Under the pieces are notes generated by a model. The model ran no database searches. It worked only from the letters and a program-made list of their open reading frames with translations, and was not told the origin of the DNA. 64,000 bases of DNA, taken from positions 124,520-188,519 of the forward strand of contig AP017913.1 of assembly GCA_002091395.1 (NCBI GenBank), in the 5' to 3' direction. The DNA is from Candidatus Azobacteroides pseudotrichonymphae (lineage in GTDB: Bacteria; Bacteroidota; Bacteroidia; Bacteroidales; Azobacteroidaceae). Position 1 is the first letter of the stretch. Each line of letters opens with the position of its first letter. Positions 1 to 9,745 of the stretch are shown here, in pieces. Made by a program: the position numbers and the translations under genes.

Positions 1-1431
1 AATGGTTTTGTTAAATACTCTGGATTTAAGCAGAATGATGTTCATTTGGCTTCTTATAATGTTGCGACAGGATGTACAGATTTTACTGTAGCTGCTGAAC
101 AAAGTGTAAATGCAGTCGTGCATATCAAATCGATTGTTAAATCTGCGCATAGAAGAAGTAATATTCATGAATATTATAATTTTGACCCGTTTGATTTTTT
201 TTTTGATAGCCCGGATTTTCAATATAAGTTACATCCAAAGATTATTGGATTCGGTTCCGGAGTTATTATTTCACTTGATGGATATGTTGTGACAAATAAC
301 CATGTTGTAGATGGGGCTGATGAAGTTGAAGTTGTTACAAATGATAATAGGACTTATATAGCTAAAATAGTTGGTAGAGATGAGTCCACCGATATTGCAT
401 TATTGAAGATTAATGGTGGAAATTTCCCAGTAATTCCATTTGGAAATTCTGATTCTTTAAAAATAGGTGAATGGGTGTTAGCTGTAGGTAATCCATTTAA
501 TTTGACAAGCACTGTAACCGCAGGAATTGTAAGTGCAAAAGGAAGAGGAAATGTTTTTTCAGAACCCGATAATAAAAATTCTTCTGCAAAACAAAGTAAA
601 GTAGAATCGTTTATTCAAACAGATGCAGCAGTTAATCCTGGAAATAGTGGTGGAGCACTGGTAAATACCAAAGGGGAACTAGTTGGAATAAATACTGCTA
701 TATATTCAGAAACTGGAAATTTTGTAGGGTATTCGTTTGCTGTTCCTGTGAATTTAGTAAAAAAAGTAATTTTTGATATTAAAAAGTTTGGTGGAGTACA
801 AAAAGCTTTGTTAGGATTAATTGTAATGGATCTTGATTCTTTGAAGGATTACGATCCTGTAATTTATAATAAATTAAAAATTCATGATGGTGTTTTCGTA
901 GAAGGCTTTACTTCTAAGAGTTCTTCTAAAAAAGCTGGAATAAAGAGAGGTGATGTGATTATAGCTGTTAATGGTGTTAAAATTAAAAATTATCAAGGAT
1001 TGATGGTAGAACTAACAAATTATAATCCAGGTAGAGCTGTTGATATTCAGGTTTTCAGGAATGGAGATATAAAAATATGTACAGTAATATTAAAAAATGA
1101 TCAAGGGATAATGCCTTTTCTTGATGCGAAAAATATCACGGAAATTTTAGGAGCAACGTTTAAAGAACTATCTATAAAATCTAAAGAAAAATTGGGAATC
1201 AGTTATGGTTTGGAAGTAAGGAATATCAAACATGGAAAGTTGAAATCTGCTGGAGTAAAAGATGGATTTATTATTCTTAAAATTAATGATGTTAAAATTA
1301 ACTCTAAATCAGATTTAATTATGGTTGTGAAAGAATTATTAAAACTATATCCAAATGAAAGATGCCTCTACATGAAGGGGTTCTATCCAGATTATGGAAT
1401 AAGGTTTTATGCTATTGATATGAGTAAGTAA
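1..1431 (+). CDS. htrA: HtrA/DegP/DegQ-family periplasmic serine endoprotease (trypsin-like domain + PDZ), 5'-partial
   Basis: Frame 1 is stop-free from base 1, so the N-terminus and signal peptide lie upstream of the window (the track ORF starts at a TTG at 46). Catalytic triad contexts are TNNHVV (His), DIALLKI (Asp) and GNSGGALVN (Ser). PDZ-like segments are GDVIIAVNG and GFIILKINDVKI. Confidence 0.92.
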   Translation, partial: NGFVKYSGFKQNDVHLASYNVATGCTDFTVAAEQSVNAVVHIKSIVKSAHRRSNIHEYYNFDPFDFFFDSPDFQYKLHPKIIGFGSGVIISLDGYVVTNNHVVDGADEVEVVTNDNRTYIAKIVGRDESTDIALLKINGGNFPVIPFGNSDSLKIGEWVLAVGNPFNLTSTVTAGIVSAKGRGNVFSEPDNKNSSAKQSKVESFIQTDAAVNPGNSGGALVNTKGELVGINTAIYSETGNFVGYSFAVPVNLVKKVIFDIKKFGGVQKALLGLIVMDLDSLKDYDPVIYNKLKIHDGVFVEGFTSKSSSKKAGIKRGDVIIAVNGVKIKNYQGLMVELTNYNPGRAVDIQVFRNGDIKICTVILKNDQGIMPFLDAKNITEILGATFKELSIKSKEKLGISYGLEVRNIKHGKLKSAGVKDGFIILKINDVKINSKSDLIMVVKELLKLYPNERCLYMKGFYPDYGIRFYAIDMSK

Positions 1432-1488
1432 TTTAAAATTTGAAAAGCTATAGTGAATTTTGATTAGTTTTTTGTAAAATCTATTTAG

Positions 1489-2349
1489 ATGAGACAGTTA
1501 AAGATAACCAAATCTATTACTAATCGTGAAAGTGCTTCTTTGGATAGATTTCTTCAGGAAATAAGTCATGAAGATCTTCTTAGCATAGAAGAAGAAATTA
1601 AATTAGCACAACGAAGTAGATCGGGTGATCGTTCAGCATTAGATAAATTGGTTCGTGCAAATCTTCGGTTTGTTGTATCGGTAGCCAAGCAGTACCAAAA
1701 TCAAGGATTAGGTCTTCCAGATTTGATTAATGAGGGAAATTTAGGATTAATTAAAGCTGCTGAAAAATTTGATGAAACTCGGGGATTTAAATTTATTTCG
1801 TATGCTGTTTGGTGGATTAGGCAATCTATTTTACAGGCTTTGGCTGAACAATCAAGGATTGTACGATTACCTTTAAATCGTGTTGGATCGTTGAACAAAA
1901 TTTCTAAAGCTCTGTATAAATTTGAGCAAGAACATAAACGGAAACCATCTTCGGAAGAATTAGCAAAAGAATTAGATTTGCCGGAAGGAAAAATTTCGGA
2001 AACATTGAGGATATCAAATAGGCATGTTTCAATAGATGCACCTTTTTTAGATGGTGAAGAAAATAGTTTGTTGGATGTATTGACTAATGATGATGCTCCA
2101 GTTGCTTATCATGAATTGATACATGAGTCACTTTCTCAAGAAATAGATAATGCCTTATTAATATTAAATGATAGAGAAAGAAGTATTATTAAAATGTCAT
2201 TTGGTATTGGACGACAAGAAATGAATTTAGAAGAAATTGGTGATGTATTTGGCTTGACACGTGAACGTGTAAGACAAATTAAAGAAAAAGCTATTAAAAA
2301 ATTGAAGCAAAGTAATAAAAACACCAGTTTGAAAAATTTTTTAGGTTGA
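1489..2349 (+). CDS. rpoD: Primary RNA polymerase sigma factor (sigma-70 family, short Bacteroidota type)
   Basis: 286 aa. Region 2 motifs: [47 protein letters not shown]. Region 4.2 HTH: [26 protein letters not shown]. There is no long region 1.1. Confidence 0.93.
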   Translation: MRQLKITKSITNRESASLDRFLQEISHEDLLSIEEEIKLAQRSRSGDRSALDKLVRANLRFVVSVAKQYQNQGLGLPDLINEGNLGLIKAAEKFDETRGFKFISYAVWWIRQSILQALAEQSRIVRLPLNRVGSLNKISKALYKFEQEHKRKPSSEELAKELDLPEGKISETLRISNRHVSIDAPFLDGEENSLLDVLTNDDAPVAYHELIHESLSQEIDNALLILNDRERSIIKMSFGIGRQEMNLEEIGDVFGLTRERVRQIKEKAIKKLKQSNKNTSLKNFLG

Positions 2350-2642
2350 ATGTGATCTTTTGTAATAGTGTGATTTTTGAAATTGTATTTAAAGGCTGCA
2401 GTTAGTTACAAGTTTGTATACACAAAAAATTAAAATTCTGTAATGTGATTAACTAACTTTTTAAGCTTAGTTATTATGAAAAATTTTCATTTAAAATGTA
2501 ATTATTTGCAGTATTTTAGATATTAAAAATTAGTATTTTATTTGAAGGAATAATTTGATTTTGGTTGTTGTTGAAGTTTTATGAAAAATATGGATTGCCA
2601 TTGTTATAATAACAATGAAAGTAAAAAATAAAAAATAAAAAA

Positions 2643-3149
2643 ATGGATGCAATCATAAGTGTGATAATAGGAAGTGTTTCTGATCTGCCATTTATTAAAA
2701 AAATGGCAGATTTTTTTGATAATTTTGAAATTCCATTTGAAATAAAAATTTTATCAGCTCACCGCACACCAAATGAAGTAGAAGATTTTGCTAAAAATGC
2801 AAAAGATAGGGGAATTGAAGTGATCATTGCTGCAGCTGGTATGTCAGCTCATTTGCCAGGAGTAATTGCTTCAATGACAGTTTTACCGGTAATCGGTGTG
2901 CCAATTAGTTCTTCACTTAATGGAGTAGATTCTTTATTGTCTATTATACAAATGCCATCTGGAGTTCCTGTTGCAACAGTTGGAATTAATTCTACTACTA
3001 ATGCAGCAATTCTAGCTATCCAAATTTTATCATTAAAAAATAAAGTATTGCAGGGCAAATTAGCTAAATATAAAAATTTTATTAAGACAAAAGTTTTAAA
3101 TGATAGTGACAAATTATTAGAATTAAAGTATAAATTTAAAGTAAATTGA
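2643..3149 (+). CDS. purE: 5-(carboxyamino)imidazole ribonucleotide mutase
   Basis: 168 aa with the PurE signatures IIGSVSDLP, ILSAHRTP and AAAGMSAHLPGV. It ends in TGA. Confidence 0.93.
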   Translation: MDAIISVIIGSVSDLPFIKKMADFFDNFEIPFEIKILSAHRTPNEVEDFAKNAKDRGIEVIIAAAGMSAHLPGVIASMTVLPVIGVPISSSLNGVDSLLSIIQMPSGVPVATVGINSTTNAAILAIQILSLKNKVLQGKLAKYKNFIKTKVLNDSDKLLELKYKFKVN

Positions 3150-3169
3150 TAATTGTTATTTTGACCGGC

Positions 3170-4981
3170 ATGTATGAACGAAGAAAATCTTTGGAAGTGT
3201 TTGTTGGAAATAAAGCAATAGGTGGCAACAATTCTATTGCTGTTCAGTCTATGACAAATGTTTCAACAATGGATACTGATAGAAGTATTAAGCAAGCTAT
3301 TCAGCTTATTGAAGCTGGATGTTCGTATGTTAGATTCTCGGTTCGAAGTATCCGTGAAGCAGAAAATTTGAAAAATATAAAGAGTGGATTGTGCACTTTG
3401 GGGTACACGAATCCGTTAATTGCTGATATACATTTTGATCCAAAAATCGCCTCAGTAGCAGCTAAAATAGTAGAAAAAGTACGAATCAATCCTGGTAATT
3501 TCTTAGATTCTACTAAGAAAATTAAGATTTTTGAATATTCAGATTATGAATATGAACAAGAATTAAAAAATATTAAAAAATATTTTATTCCTTTCTTAAA
3601 TATTTGTAAAAAATATAATACTGTCGTTAGGATTGGTGTAAATCATGGGTCTTTATCAACTAGAATAGTAAATCGTTATGGGAATACTTCACAAGGAATG
3701 GTAGAATCTTGTATGGAATTTCTTCGAATTTGTATTGCGGAAAATTTTTTTAATTTGGTAGTGTCTATTAAAGCTTCTAATGTTTTTGTAATGGTACAAA
3801 CAGTTCGTTTATTGGTAAAAAAAATGCATCAAATAGGAGTTTGTTTTCCATTGCACTTAGGCGTAACAGAAGCTGGGGAAGGTGAAAGCGGAAGAATAAA
3901 ATCTGCGGTTGGAATAGGCACGTTATTAATGGAAGGTATTGGAGATACTATTCGTGTTTCTTTAAGTGAAAATCCAGAAGTTGAAATTTTAATTGCACGA
4001 CTATTAATTGATTATGTAGAAGAGAAAAAACAATTATTTAATGGCAAAATATTTACTCGTATTTCTCAAAAAAAACGATTAAGTAATACAATTTATGTTA
4101 TACTTGATCGTTCATCTACAGATGATGAGTTTTCAATTAATCCGGATTTAATACCTGATTTTATTTATGTTGGTGAGCAATCACTGCACAATATATCGCG
4201 CAATATTTTTGTAATTGTAGATTTTAAAGTTTTTCTCTTTCAAGAGAACACTTTCCCATTATTTAAATTCCAAGAAAAAAATGCATGGGTAAGTTGTGAA
4301 GAATCAATACAATTTATAGAACTGACTTATCAGGAATTAACTGATGAAATAATTTTTCATTTAAAAAATAAACCACAGACAATTGTTATTATTTATTCTA
4401 CTAAGAATAATATTTATGAACAAAAATTATTTATTTATGCCTTGATGACTTTAGAAATAAATAATTCATTTATTTTACGTGTAAAATATGATGAGTGTAA
4501 TTCAGAAACTTTACAAATTAAGGCATCTGTTGATTGTGGTCCTTTTCTTCTGGATGGATTGGTAGATGGAATTATGATTAAAAATATGAATCATAATATT
4601 TTTAATCAATCAGTAGATGATTGTGTTTTTGGCATATTACAGGCAACAGGTAGAAAGATCACTAAAACAGAATATATTGCTTGCCCTGGTTGTGGTCGAA
4701 CTTTATTTGATTTACAATCAACATTAAAAAAAGTAAAATTGGTCACTTCACATCTTAAAGGATTAAAGATTGCTGTTATGGGGTGCATTATTAATGGATT
4801 AGGTGAAATGGCTAACGCGGATTATGGCTATGTTGGATCAAAGGCAGGAATGGTTAATTTGTATAAAGGTGATAAATGTGTTAAAAAAAATATTCCAGAA
4901 ATTGATGCAGCAGACAAATTATTACAAATAATAAACTTTTTTGTTAAAAATGTGGATGAAGAAAATAAAATAAATGAATAA
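3170..4981 (+). CDS. ispG: 4-hydroxy-3-methylbut-2-en-1-yl diphosphate synthase (long-insert form)
   Basis: The ORF is open from a TTG at 3146, but the first ATG is at 3170 (MYERRKS). GcpE motifs are IAVQSMTN and IRVSLSENP. Fe-S ligand contexts are ACPGCGRT and MGCIINGLGE. A large internal insertion gives about 600 aa. Confidence 0.9.
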   Translation: MYERRKSLEVFVGNKAIGGNNSIAVQSMTNVSTMDTDRSIKQAIQLIEAGCSYVRFSVRSIREAENLKNIKSGLCTLGYTNPLIADIHFDPKIASVAAKIVEKVRINPGNFLDSTKKIKIFEYSDYEYEQELKNIKKYFIPFLNICKKYNTVVRIGVNHGSLSTRIVNRYGNTSQGMVESCMEFLRICIAENFFNLVVSIKASNVFVMVQTVRLLVKKMHQIGVCFPLHLGVTEAGEGESGRIKSAVGIGTLLMEGIGDTIRVSLSENPEVEILIARLLIDYVEEKKQLFNGKIFTRISQKKRLSNTIYVILDRSSTDDEFSINPDLIPDFIYVGEQSLHNISRNIFVIVDFKVFLFQENTFPLFKFQEKNAWVSCEESIQFIELTYQELTDEIIFHLKNKPQTIVIIYSTKNNIYEQKLFIYALMTLEINNSFILRVKYDECNSETLQIKASVDCGPFLLDGLVDGIMIKNMNHNIFNQSVDDCVFGILQATGRKITKTEYIACPGCGRTLFDLQSTLKKVKLVTSHLKGLKIAVMGCIINGLGEMANADYGYVGSKAGMVNLYKGDKCVKKNIPEIDAADKLLQIINFFVKNVDEENKINE

Positions 4982-5009
4982 AACTACTATCTTTATGATG
5001 GGTAGTATT

Positions 5010-5084
5010 GGGCATTTAGCTCAGTTGGTTCAGAGTATCTGCCTTACAAGCAGAGGGTCGACGGTTCGAATCCGCCAATGCCCA
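5010..5084 (+). tRNA. tRNA-Val (anticodon TAC)
   Basis: Cloverleaf read by eye. Acceptor GGGCATT/AATGCCC plus discriminator A. D stem GCTC/GAGT. Anticodon stem TCTGC/GCAGA with loop CT-TAC-AA. T arm GACGG-TTCGAAT-CCGCC, with one A-C mismatch in the T stem. It lies 29 nt after the ispG stop. Confidence 0.9.
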
Positions 5085-5439
5085 CATAAGAAGTATTGAA
5101 TGGTTATATGCGATAATAGATAGCTATTTCGTTACTATTTATATATTAAGATTGTTCAATATTAGTCTGATTTAAGTGGTGTTATTTTATTTATTATTGT
5201 AATTCATAGGAATTACCAGTTGAATGAAATGTTTTTCATATAAAATTCACAATATTTATTCAAATCTGTTTCGACAGATACGAATGTGATCCCAAAAAAA
5301 AGATTATAGATTTGTTACATACTTACTATGTTTAAATTATTTTTGAACAATTTTTAATTGTTAATCTTTCTATTTTTTTTTAGAGATTTCTTCTAAAATT
5401 TATTTAGATTTTTATTTACTTAAATAGGTTTTTCTTTGG

Positions 5440-5494
5440 AAATTTGATATATAAAAACAAAATTGTATTGACTTTGTTTTTATATATCAAATTT
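5440..5494 (-). terminator. 22-bp perfect hairpin abutting the stop codon of the OmpH-like gene
   Basis: 5440-5461 pairs perfectly with 5473-5494 (every pair checked), with an 11-nt loop at 5462-5472. The right arm ends at the first base of the minus-strand stop codon (5494-5496). The stem is almost entirely A/T and there is no clean U-tract after it on the minus strand. Confidence 0.4.
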
Positions 5495-6096
5495 TATTTT
5501 ACTATAACACTAGGGAAACGTTTATTTAAAAAATTTATTACTTCATTAGTAATGTTATATTGTTTGTCTCCATAGAGGATAGTACCTCCTGTCTTCATAA
5601 AAATCAATTGATATTTTTGTGGAGTATTAAATTCATTTATCCCTAATGATATGGAATCAGATAGACTTTTCTCTAGTTGCTTTTGTTTTAAAATCCATAT
5701 CTTTTCAATTTGAGTAGTTTTTTTTTTTAGATTTTTTTCTAAATTCTGTATTCTTATTTGTTCTTGTTTCATTTTTTCTTGCGTAGGGAAAGCATTATTT
5801 TGAATTTTTTGTTGAAAATTTGTTATTTCATTTTGTAATTTTTGATAACTTGAATTTAAAAAGATATTTCGTTCATTTATCTTTTTTTCAAATGAAGAAA
5901 GTAAATTGGTGTAATAGCTAAAATGAGTGAACAAAGAGTCTGAATCTACATAAGCTACTTTAAGTTGGTGTAGGTTATCACCGTTTTTACATGTATTGTT
6001 GTCAGTTGTTTTTTTCCATCTACATTGCGTAGAGAATAATGCAACAGCGGTCAATATAACAGTTGTCCTTATTGTCAATTTTTTTAAAGTTATCAC
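5494..6096 (-). CDS. OmpH/Skp-family periplasmic chaperone-like protein
   Basis: 200 aa with an N-terminal hydrophobic signal-like segment (TVILTAVALFSTQC). This is followed by an OmpH-type start (LKVAYVDSDSLF) and a long Q/K/E/N-rich coiled-coil region typical of OmpH proteins. Confidence 0.7.
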   Translation of the reverse strand: MITLKKLTIRTTVILTAVALFSTQCRWKKTTDNNTCKNGDNLHQLKVAYVDSDSLFTHFSYYTNLLSSFEKKINERNIFLNSSYQKLQNEITNFQQKIQNNAFPTQEKMKQEQIRIQNLEKNLKKKTTQIEKIWILKQKQLEKSLSDSISLGINEFNTPQKYQLIFMKTGGTILYGDKQYNITNEVINFLNKRFPSVIVK

Positions 6097-6299
6097 TTTA
6101 ATATACCAAAATTCTATTTATGATTATTCCTGATGTAAATGTACAAAATTTTTTAAAATTTTTATAATATTTTGTGTTGTTAATATCATAGCATTATGAT
6201 TACAATAATTACAATACTAATTATGGTTAAATTTAACTATTTTGAGAAAAATATTTTGTAAAAAGTATTTTTTATGAAATTTTTATTATTTATTATGTC

Positions 6300-7418
6300 A
6301 TGAAGATTGCTATTCTTTCTCCATTCTTTCCTTATAGAGGTGGAATTGCTCAATTTAGTTTATCACTTTATAAAGCGTTACTAAAAGAACATGAAGTAAA
6401 AGTTTTTTCTTTTTCTCGTTTATATCCATGTTTATTTTTCCCTGGTGTAACACAGTATGTAGAAGAAAATAAGATTATTTCTATTCAATCGGAGAGACTA
6501 TTAGATAGTATTAATCCATATTCTTATTGGAAAACAGCTAAAGGAATTGAAAACTTTAACCCAAGGATATTGATAGTTGCTTATTGGACATCATTCTTTA
6601 ATTTACCTTATGGTTATATTGCTTGGTATTTAAAAAATAAAGTAAAAATCATTTTTTTGCTTCATAATGCTTTTGATCATGAATATATATTTTTTAGTAA
6701 ATTTATTACTCGTTGGGTGTTTAATCAATGTAATAATTTTATTGTTATGAGTGAAGTTGTAAAAAAAGATTTATTAACTATGAATCGACATGCTTCTTAT
6801 TGCTTATCACCTCATCCTGTGTATGACCATTTTGGACAAAAGATTGAACAAAGTATTGCTAGAAAAATATTAAATTTTTCTCAAAAAAAAAGAATTTTGC
6901 TTTTTTTTGGATTAATTCGTGATTATAAGGGGTTAGATTTATTAATAGATGCATTTTCATTGTTAAGCAAATCTTATCAATTAGTGATTGCTGGAGAGCC
7001 CTATGGTTCATTTAAAAAATATCAAAAAAAAATTGATACTTGCTGTATAAAAAATCGAATTAAAGTTCTAAATAAATATATAAATAATAAAGAAGTTCAA
7101 TTATTATTTTCCGCTACTGATATATTAGTATTACCTTATAAATCAGCAAGTCAAAGTGGAGTAATTTCAATTGCTTACAATTTTGAAGTGCCTATTGTTG
7201 CAACTAATGTTGGAGGATTAATAGAAACTATTGAAAAATTTAATACTGGTATAATTTGTAAAGCTGAAGTAGTATCGTTAGCTTGTGGGATAGAAAAAAT
7301 TTTTACTATTGGGATAAAAAATTTTCTATTTAATATTCAAAATGCTAAAAAAAATCTTTCTTGGGAAAAATTCGTAAAAAAAATAATAACATTTACCAGT
7401 AAAAGTTTAAATTGTTAA
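6300..7418 (+). CDS. Glycosyltransferase, GT-B fold (family 4 / group 1 like)
   Basis: 372 aa. The N-terminus MKIAILSPFFPYRGGIAQF and the C-terminal donor-binding region LPYKSASQSGVISIAYNFEVPIVATNVGGLIETIE are typical of group 1 glycosyltransferases. The acceptor substrate is unknown. Confidence 0.8.
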   Translation: MKIAILSPFFPYRGGIAQFSLSLYKALLKEHEVKVFSFSRLYPCLFFPGVTQYVEENKIISIQSERLLDSINPYSYWKTAKGIENFNPRILIVAYWTSFFNLPYGYIAWYLKNKVKIIFLLHNAFDHEYIFFSKFITRWVFNQCNNFIVMSEVVKKDLLTMNRHASYCLSPHPVYDHFGQKIEQSIARKILNFSQKKRILLFFGLIRDYKGLDLLIDAFSLLSKSYQLVIAGEPYGSFKKYQKKIDTCCIKNRIKVLNKYINNKEVQLLFSATDILVLPYKSASQSGVISIAYNFEVPIVATNVGGLIETIEKFNTGIICKAEVVSLACGIEKIFTIGIKNFLFNIQNAKKNLSWEKFVKKIITFTSKSLNC

Positions 7419-7800
7419 ATTTTAAAATTAGGAAAAGTTGAATTTTTTGTACTTCTAAATATTTAGCTAGTTGTTGTAGATATTTTGTTAACGTATTATT
7501 CAATATAAGAATCACTCAATATATAAAATTAAACTGTGCTAATTATTAAATTAATAATTTTTATTTATTATCTATAAATATATTTTAGAATAAATAGAAA
7601 TTAATCTGAAAAACTAAAATTGTTTTTGCAATATTAAAAAATATTATTTAGTTTGATTTTTTAATATGATTAACTAAATAAATTATGATATGGGTATAGT
7701 ATAATTTATTTAGTAAGTTTAGAATTAACAGTTTTTTTATAAAAATTATGAATAAAATGTGTAGTAATTATGCATTGAATGTATAATAATTTAAGTATAT

Positions 7801-8877
7801 ATGGATTCTTTAATGGAAAAATTAAATGTTTTGCAAAAGCGGTTTGAAGAAGTTGAGAACCTAATTGTCAACTCTGGTACTACTACATGTATGAAACAAT
7901 TTATTAAACTTAATAAAGAATATCATGAATTAGAAAAAATATTAGCTGTTCGAAGTCAATATAAAAAAATGTTAAATGACATATTAGAATATAAAACTAT
8001 TTTAGAAAAAGAATCAGATACAATATTACGAGAAATAGCTAAAGAGGAATTAGAAAAATTTACTTCACTTCTTCCAAAATTTGAAGAAAAAATAAAATTG
8101 CTTTTAATACATAATGATTCTCAAGATAAAAAAAATGCTATTGTGGAGATTCGAAGTGGAACAGGAGGTGATGAAGCTGCTATTTTTGCTGGGGACCTTT
8201 ATAAAATGTATTCTAAATATTGTGAATACAAAGGGTGGAAAGTAGAAGTAACAAATAGTAGTGAAGGAGCTATTGGTGGATTTAAAGAAATCATTTTTAC
8301 CGTAAATGGGGAAAACGTATATGGCACATTAAAATATGAATCTGGTGTGCATCGTGTACAACGTGTTCCTGTTACAGATACTCAAGGTAGAGTGCATACT
8401 TCAGCAGCTACAGTAGCGATATTCCCCGAGGTTAAAGATATAGATATAAAAATTAAAGATTCAGATATTCGCACAGATGTATTTTGTTCTTCTGGTCCTG
8501 GTGGCCAATCTGTAAATACAACTTATTCTGCTGTGCGTTTAACACATATCAATACTGGAATTGTTGTTCAATGTCAAGATGAAAGATCACAACTTAAAAA
8601 TAAAGAAAAAGCCATGGCTGAACTTCGTGCGCGTATATACAATATAGAGTACCAAAAACAATTGAATGAAATCGCTTCTAAAAGAAAAACAATGGTTTCT
8701 ACTGGGGATCGATCAGCAAAAATTCGAACATATAACTATCCACAAAGTAGAGTAACTGACCATCGTATTAATTATACAGTTTATAACTTACAGTCCTTTT
8801 TGGAAGGAAATATTCAAAATGTTATAGATCAGTTGATTACTGTCGAGAATACTGAAAAATTAAAAGAAAATTCATAA
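7801..8877 (+). CDS. prfA: Peptide chain release factor 1
   Basis: 358 aa with the GGQ motif (SSGPGGQSVNTT) and an RF1-type PxT tripeptide (RVPVTDTQGRVHTS). Confidence 0.95.
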   Translation: MDSLMEKLNVLQKRFEEVENLIVNSGTTTCMKQFIKLNKEYHELEKILAVRSQYKKMLNDILEYKTILEKESDTILREIAKEELEKFTSLLPKFEEKIKLLLIHNDSQDKKNAIVEIRSGTGGDEAAIFAGDLYKMYSKYCEYKGWKVEVTNSSEGAIGGFKEIIFTVNGENVYGTLKYESGVHRVQRVPVTDTQGRVHTSAATVAIFPEVKDIDIKIKDSDIRTDVFCSSGPGGQSVNTTYSAVRLTHINTGIVVQCQDERSQLKNKEKAMAELRARIYNIEYQKQLNEIASKRKTMVSTGDRSAKIRTYNYPQSRVTDHRINYTVYNLQSFLEGNIQNVIDQLITVENTEKLKENS

Positions 8878-8883
8878 TATTAT

Positions 8884-9714
8884 ATGAATAAGTATCAATT
8901 ATTTACCAATATTATGAAGAAACAATCTTTCCTTTGTGTAGGATTAGATCCTGATATAAAAAAAATACCTCATCATTTATTAAAAGTAAATGATCCTATT
9001 TTTTCCTTTAATAAAATTATTATTGATACTACTCAAGAATATTGTATAGCTTATAAAACTAATTTTGCTTTTTACGAAGCTGCAGGAATTAGTGGATTGA
9101 TTAGCCTAGAAAAAACGATAAAGTATATTCGTGAAAATTATCCAGACCAATTTATAATTGCTGATGCTAAACGAGGAGACGTAGCAAATACATCGAAAAT
9201 GTATGCTTATGCTGTTTTTAATCATATAAATTATGATGCAGTAACAATAAATCCATATATGGGGGAAGATAGTATAAAACCTTTTCTTACTTATGCAAAT
9301 AAATGGATAATTTTATTAGTATTGACATCAAATACAGGCTCGTATGATTTTCAGTTCACCGTCGTTAAGTCTACAGGGAAATATTTATTCGAGCAAATAC
9401 TAAATAAATCACAAAATTGGGCAACTGATGAGCAAATGATGTATGTAATAGGAGCGATGCATACTAAGATGTTTAGTAGTATTCGCCAAATTGTCCCAAA
9501 TCATTTTTTGTTAGTGCCTGGGATAGGAGAACAAGGAGGAGATTTGGAAGCAATAGCGAAGTATGGAATGAATAATTATTGTGGATTGCTTGTGAATTCA
9601 TCTAGACAAATTATTTATACTGATTCTTCTAAAAAATTTGCTGGAATAGTTTCTAAAGAAGCAAAAAAACTACAATTAAAAATGTCTGAATATTTAGTAA
9701 AATATTTGAAATAA
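8884..9714 (+). CDS. pyrF: Orotidine 5'-phosphate decarboxylase (type 2, long form)
   Basis: 276 aa with the motifs FLCVGLDPD and [12 protein letters not shown]. Confidence 0.9.
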   Translation: MNKYQLFTNIMKKQSFLCVGLDPDIKKIPHHLLKVNDPIFSFNKIIIDTTQEYCIAYKTNFAFYEAAGISGLISLEKTIKYIRENYPDQFIIADAKRGDVANTSKMYAYAVFNHINYDAVTINPYMGEDSIKPFLTYANKWIILLVLTSNTGSYDFQFTVVKSTGKYLFEQILNKSQNWATDEQMMYVIGAMHTKMFSSIRQIVPNHFLLVPGIGEQGGDLEAIAKYGMNNYCGLLVNSSRQIIYTDSSKKFAGIVSKEAKKLQLKMSEYLVKYLK

Positions 9715-9745
9715 AATATAATAATAAATTAATTAATTAATCTTT

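Noticed and set aside
3146-3169. An alternative TTG start of ispG overlapping the purE stop, and similar upstream TTG/GTG starts in the track for manC, ilvC, aguA, aguB, surE, the NagB-like fusion and the GT5-like gene.
   Set aside because: The downstream ATG starts give N-termini matching the usual family N-termini (for example MAIMNFGG for IlvC and ...PLIFITNDDG for SurE). The upstream extensions look like artefacts of longest-ORF calling. lysS (TTG) and tgt (GTG) were kept because no in-frame ATG alternative fits.
7645-7713. AT-only hairpins of 9-16 bp in spacers: 7645-7680, 7674-7713, 19814-19847 (16 bp) and 52941-52966 (12 bp with a 2-nt loop).
   Set aside because: With roughly 0.5 pairing probability per position in A/T-only sequence and about 11 kb of spacer, stems up to about 16 bp are expected by chance. 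They have no consistent position relative to genes.
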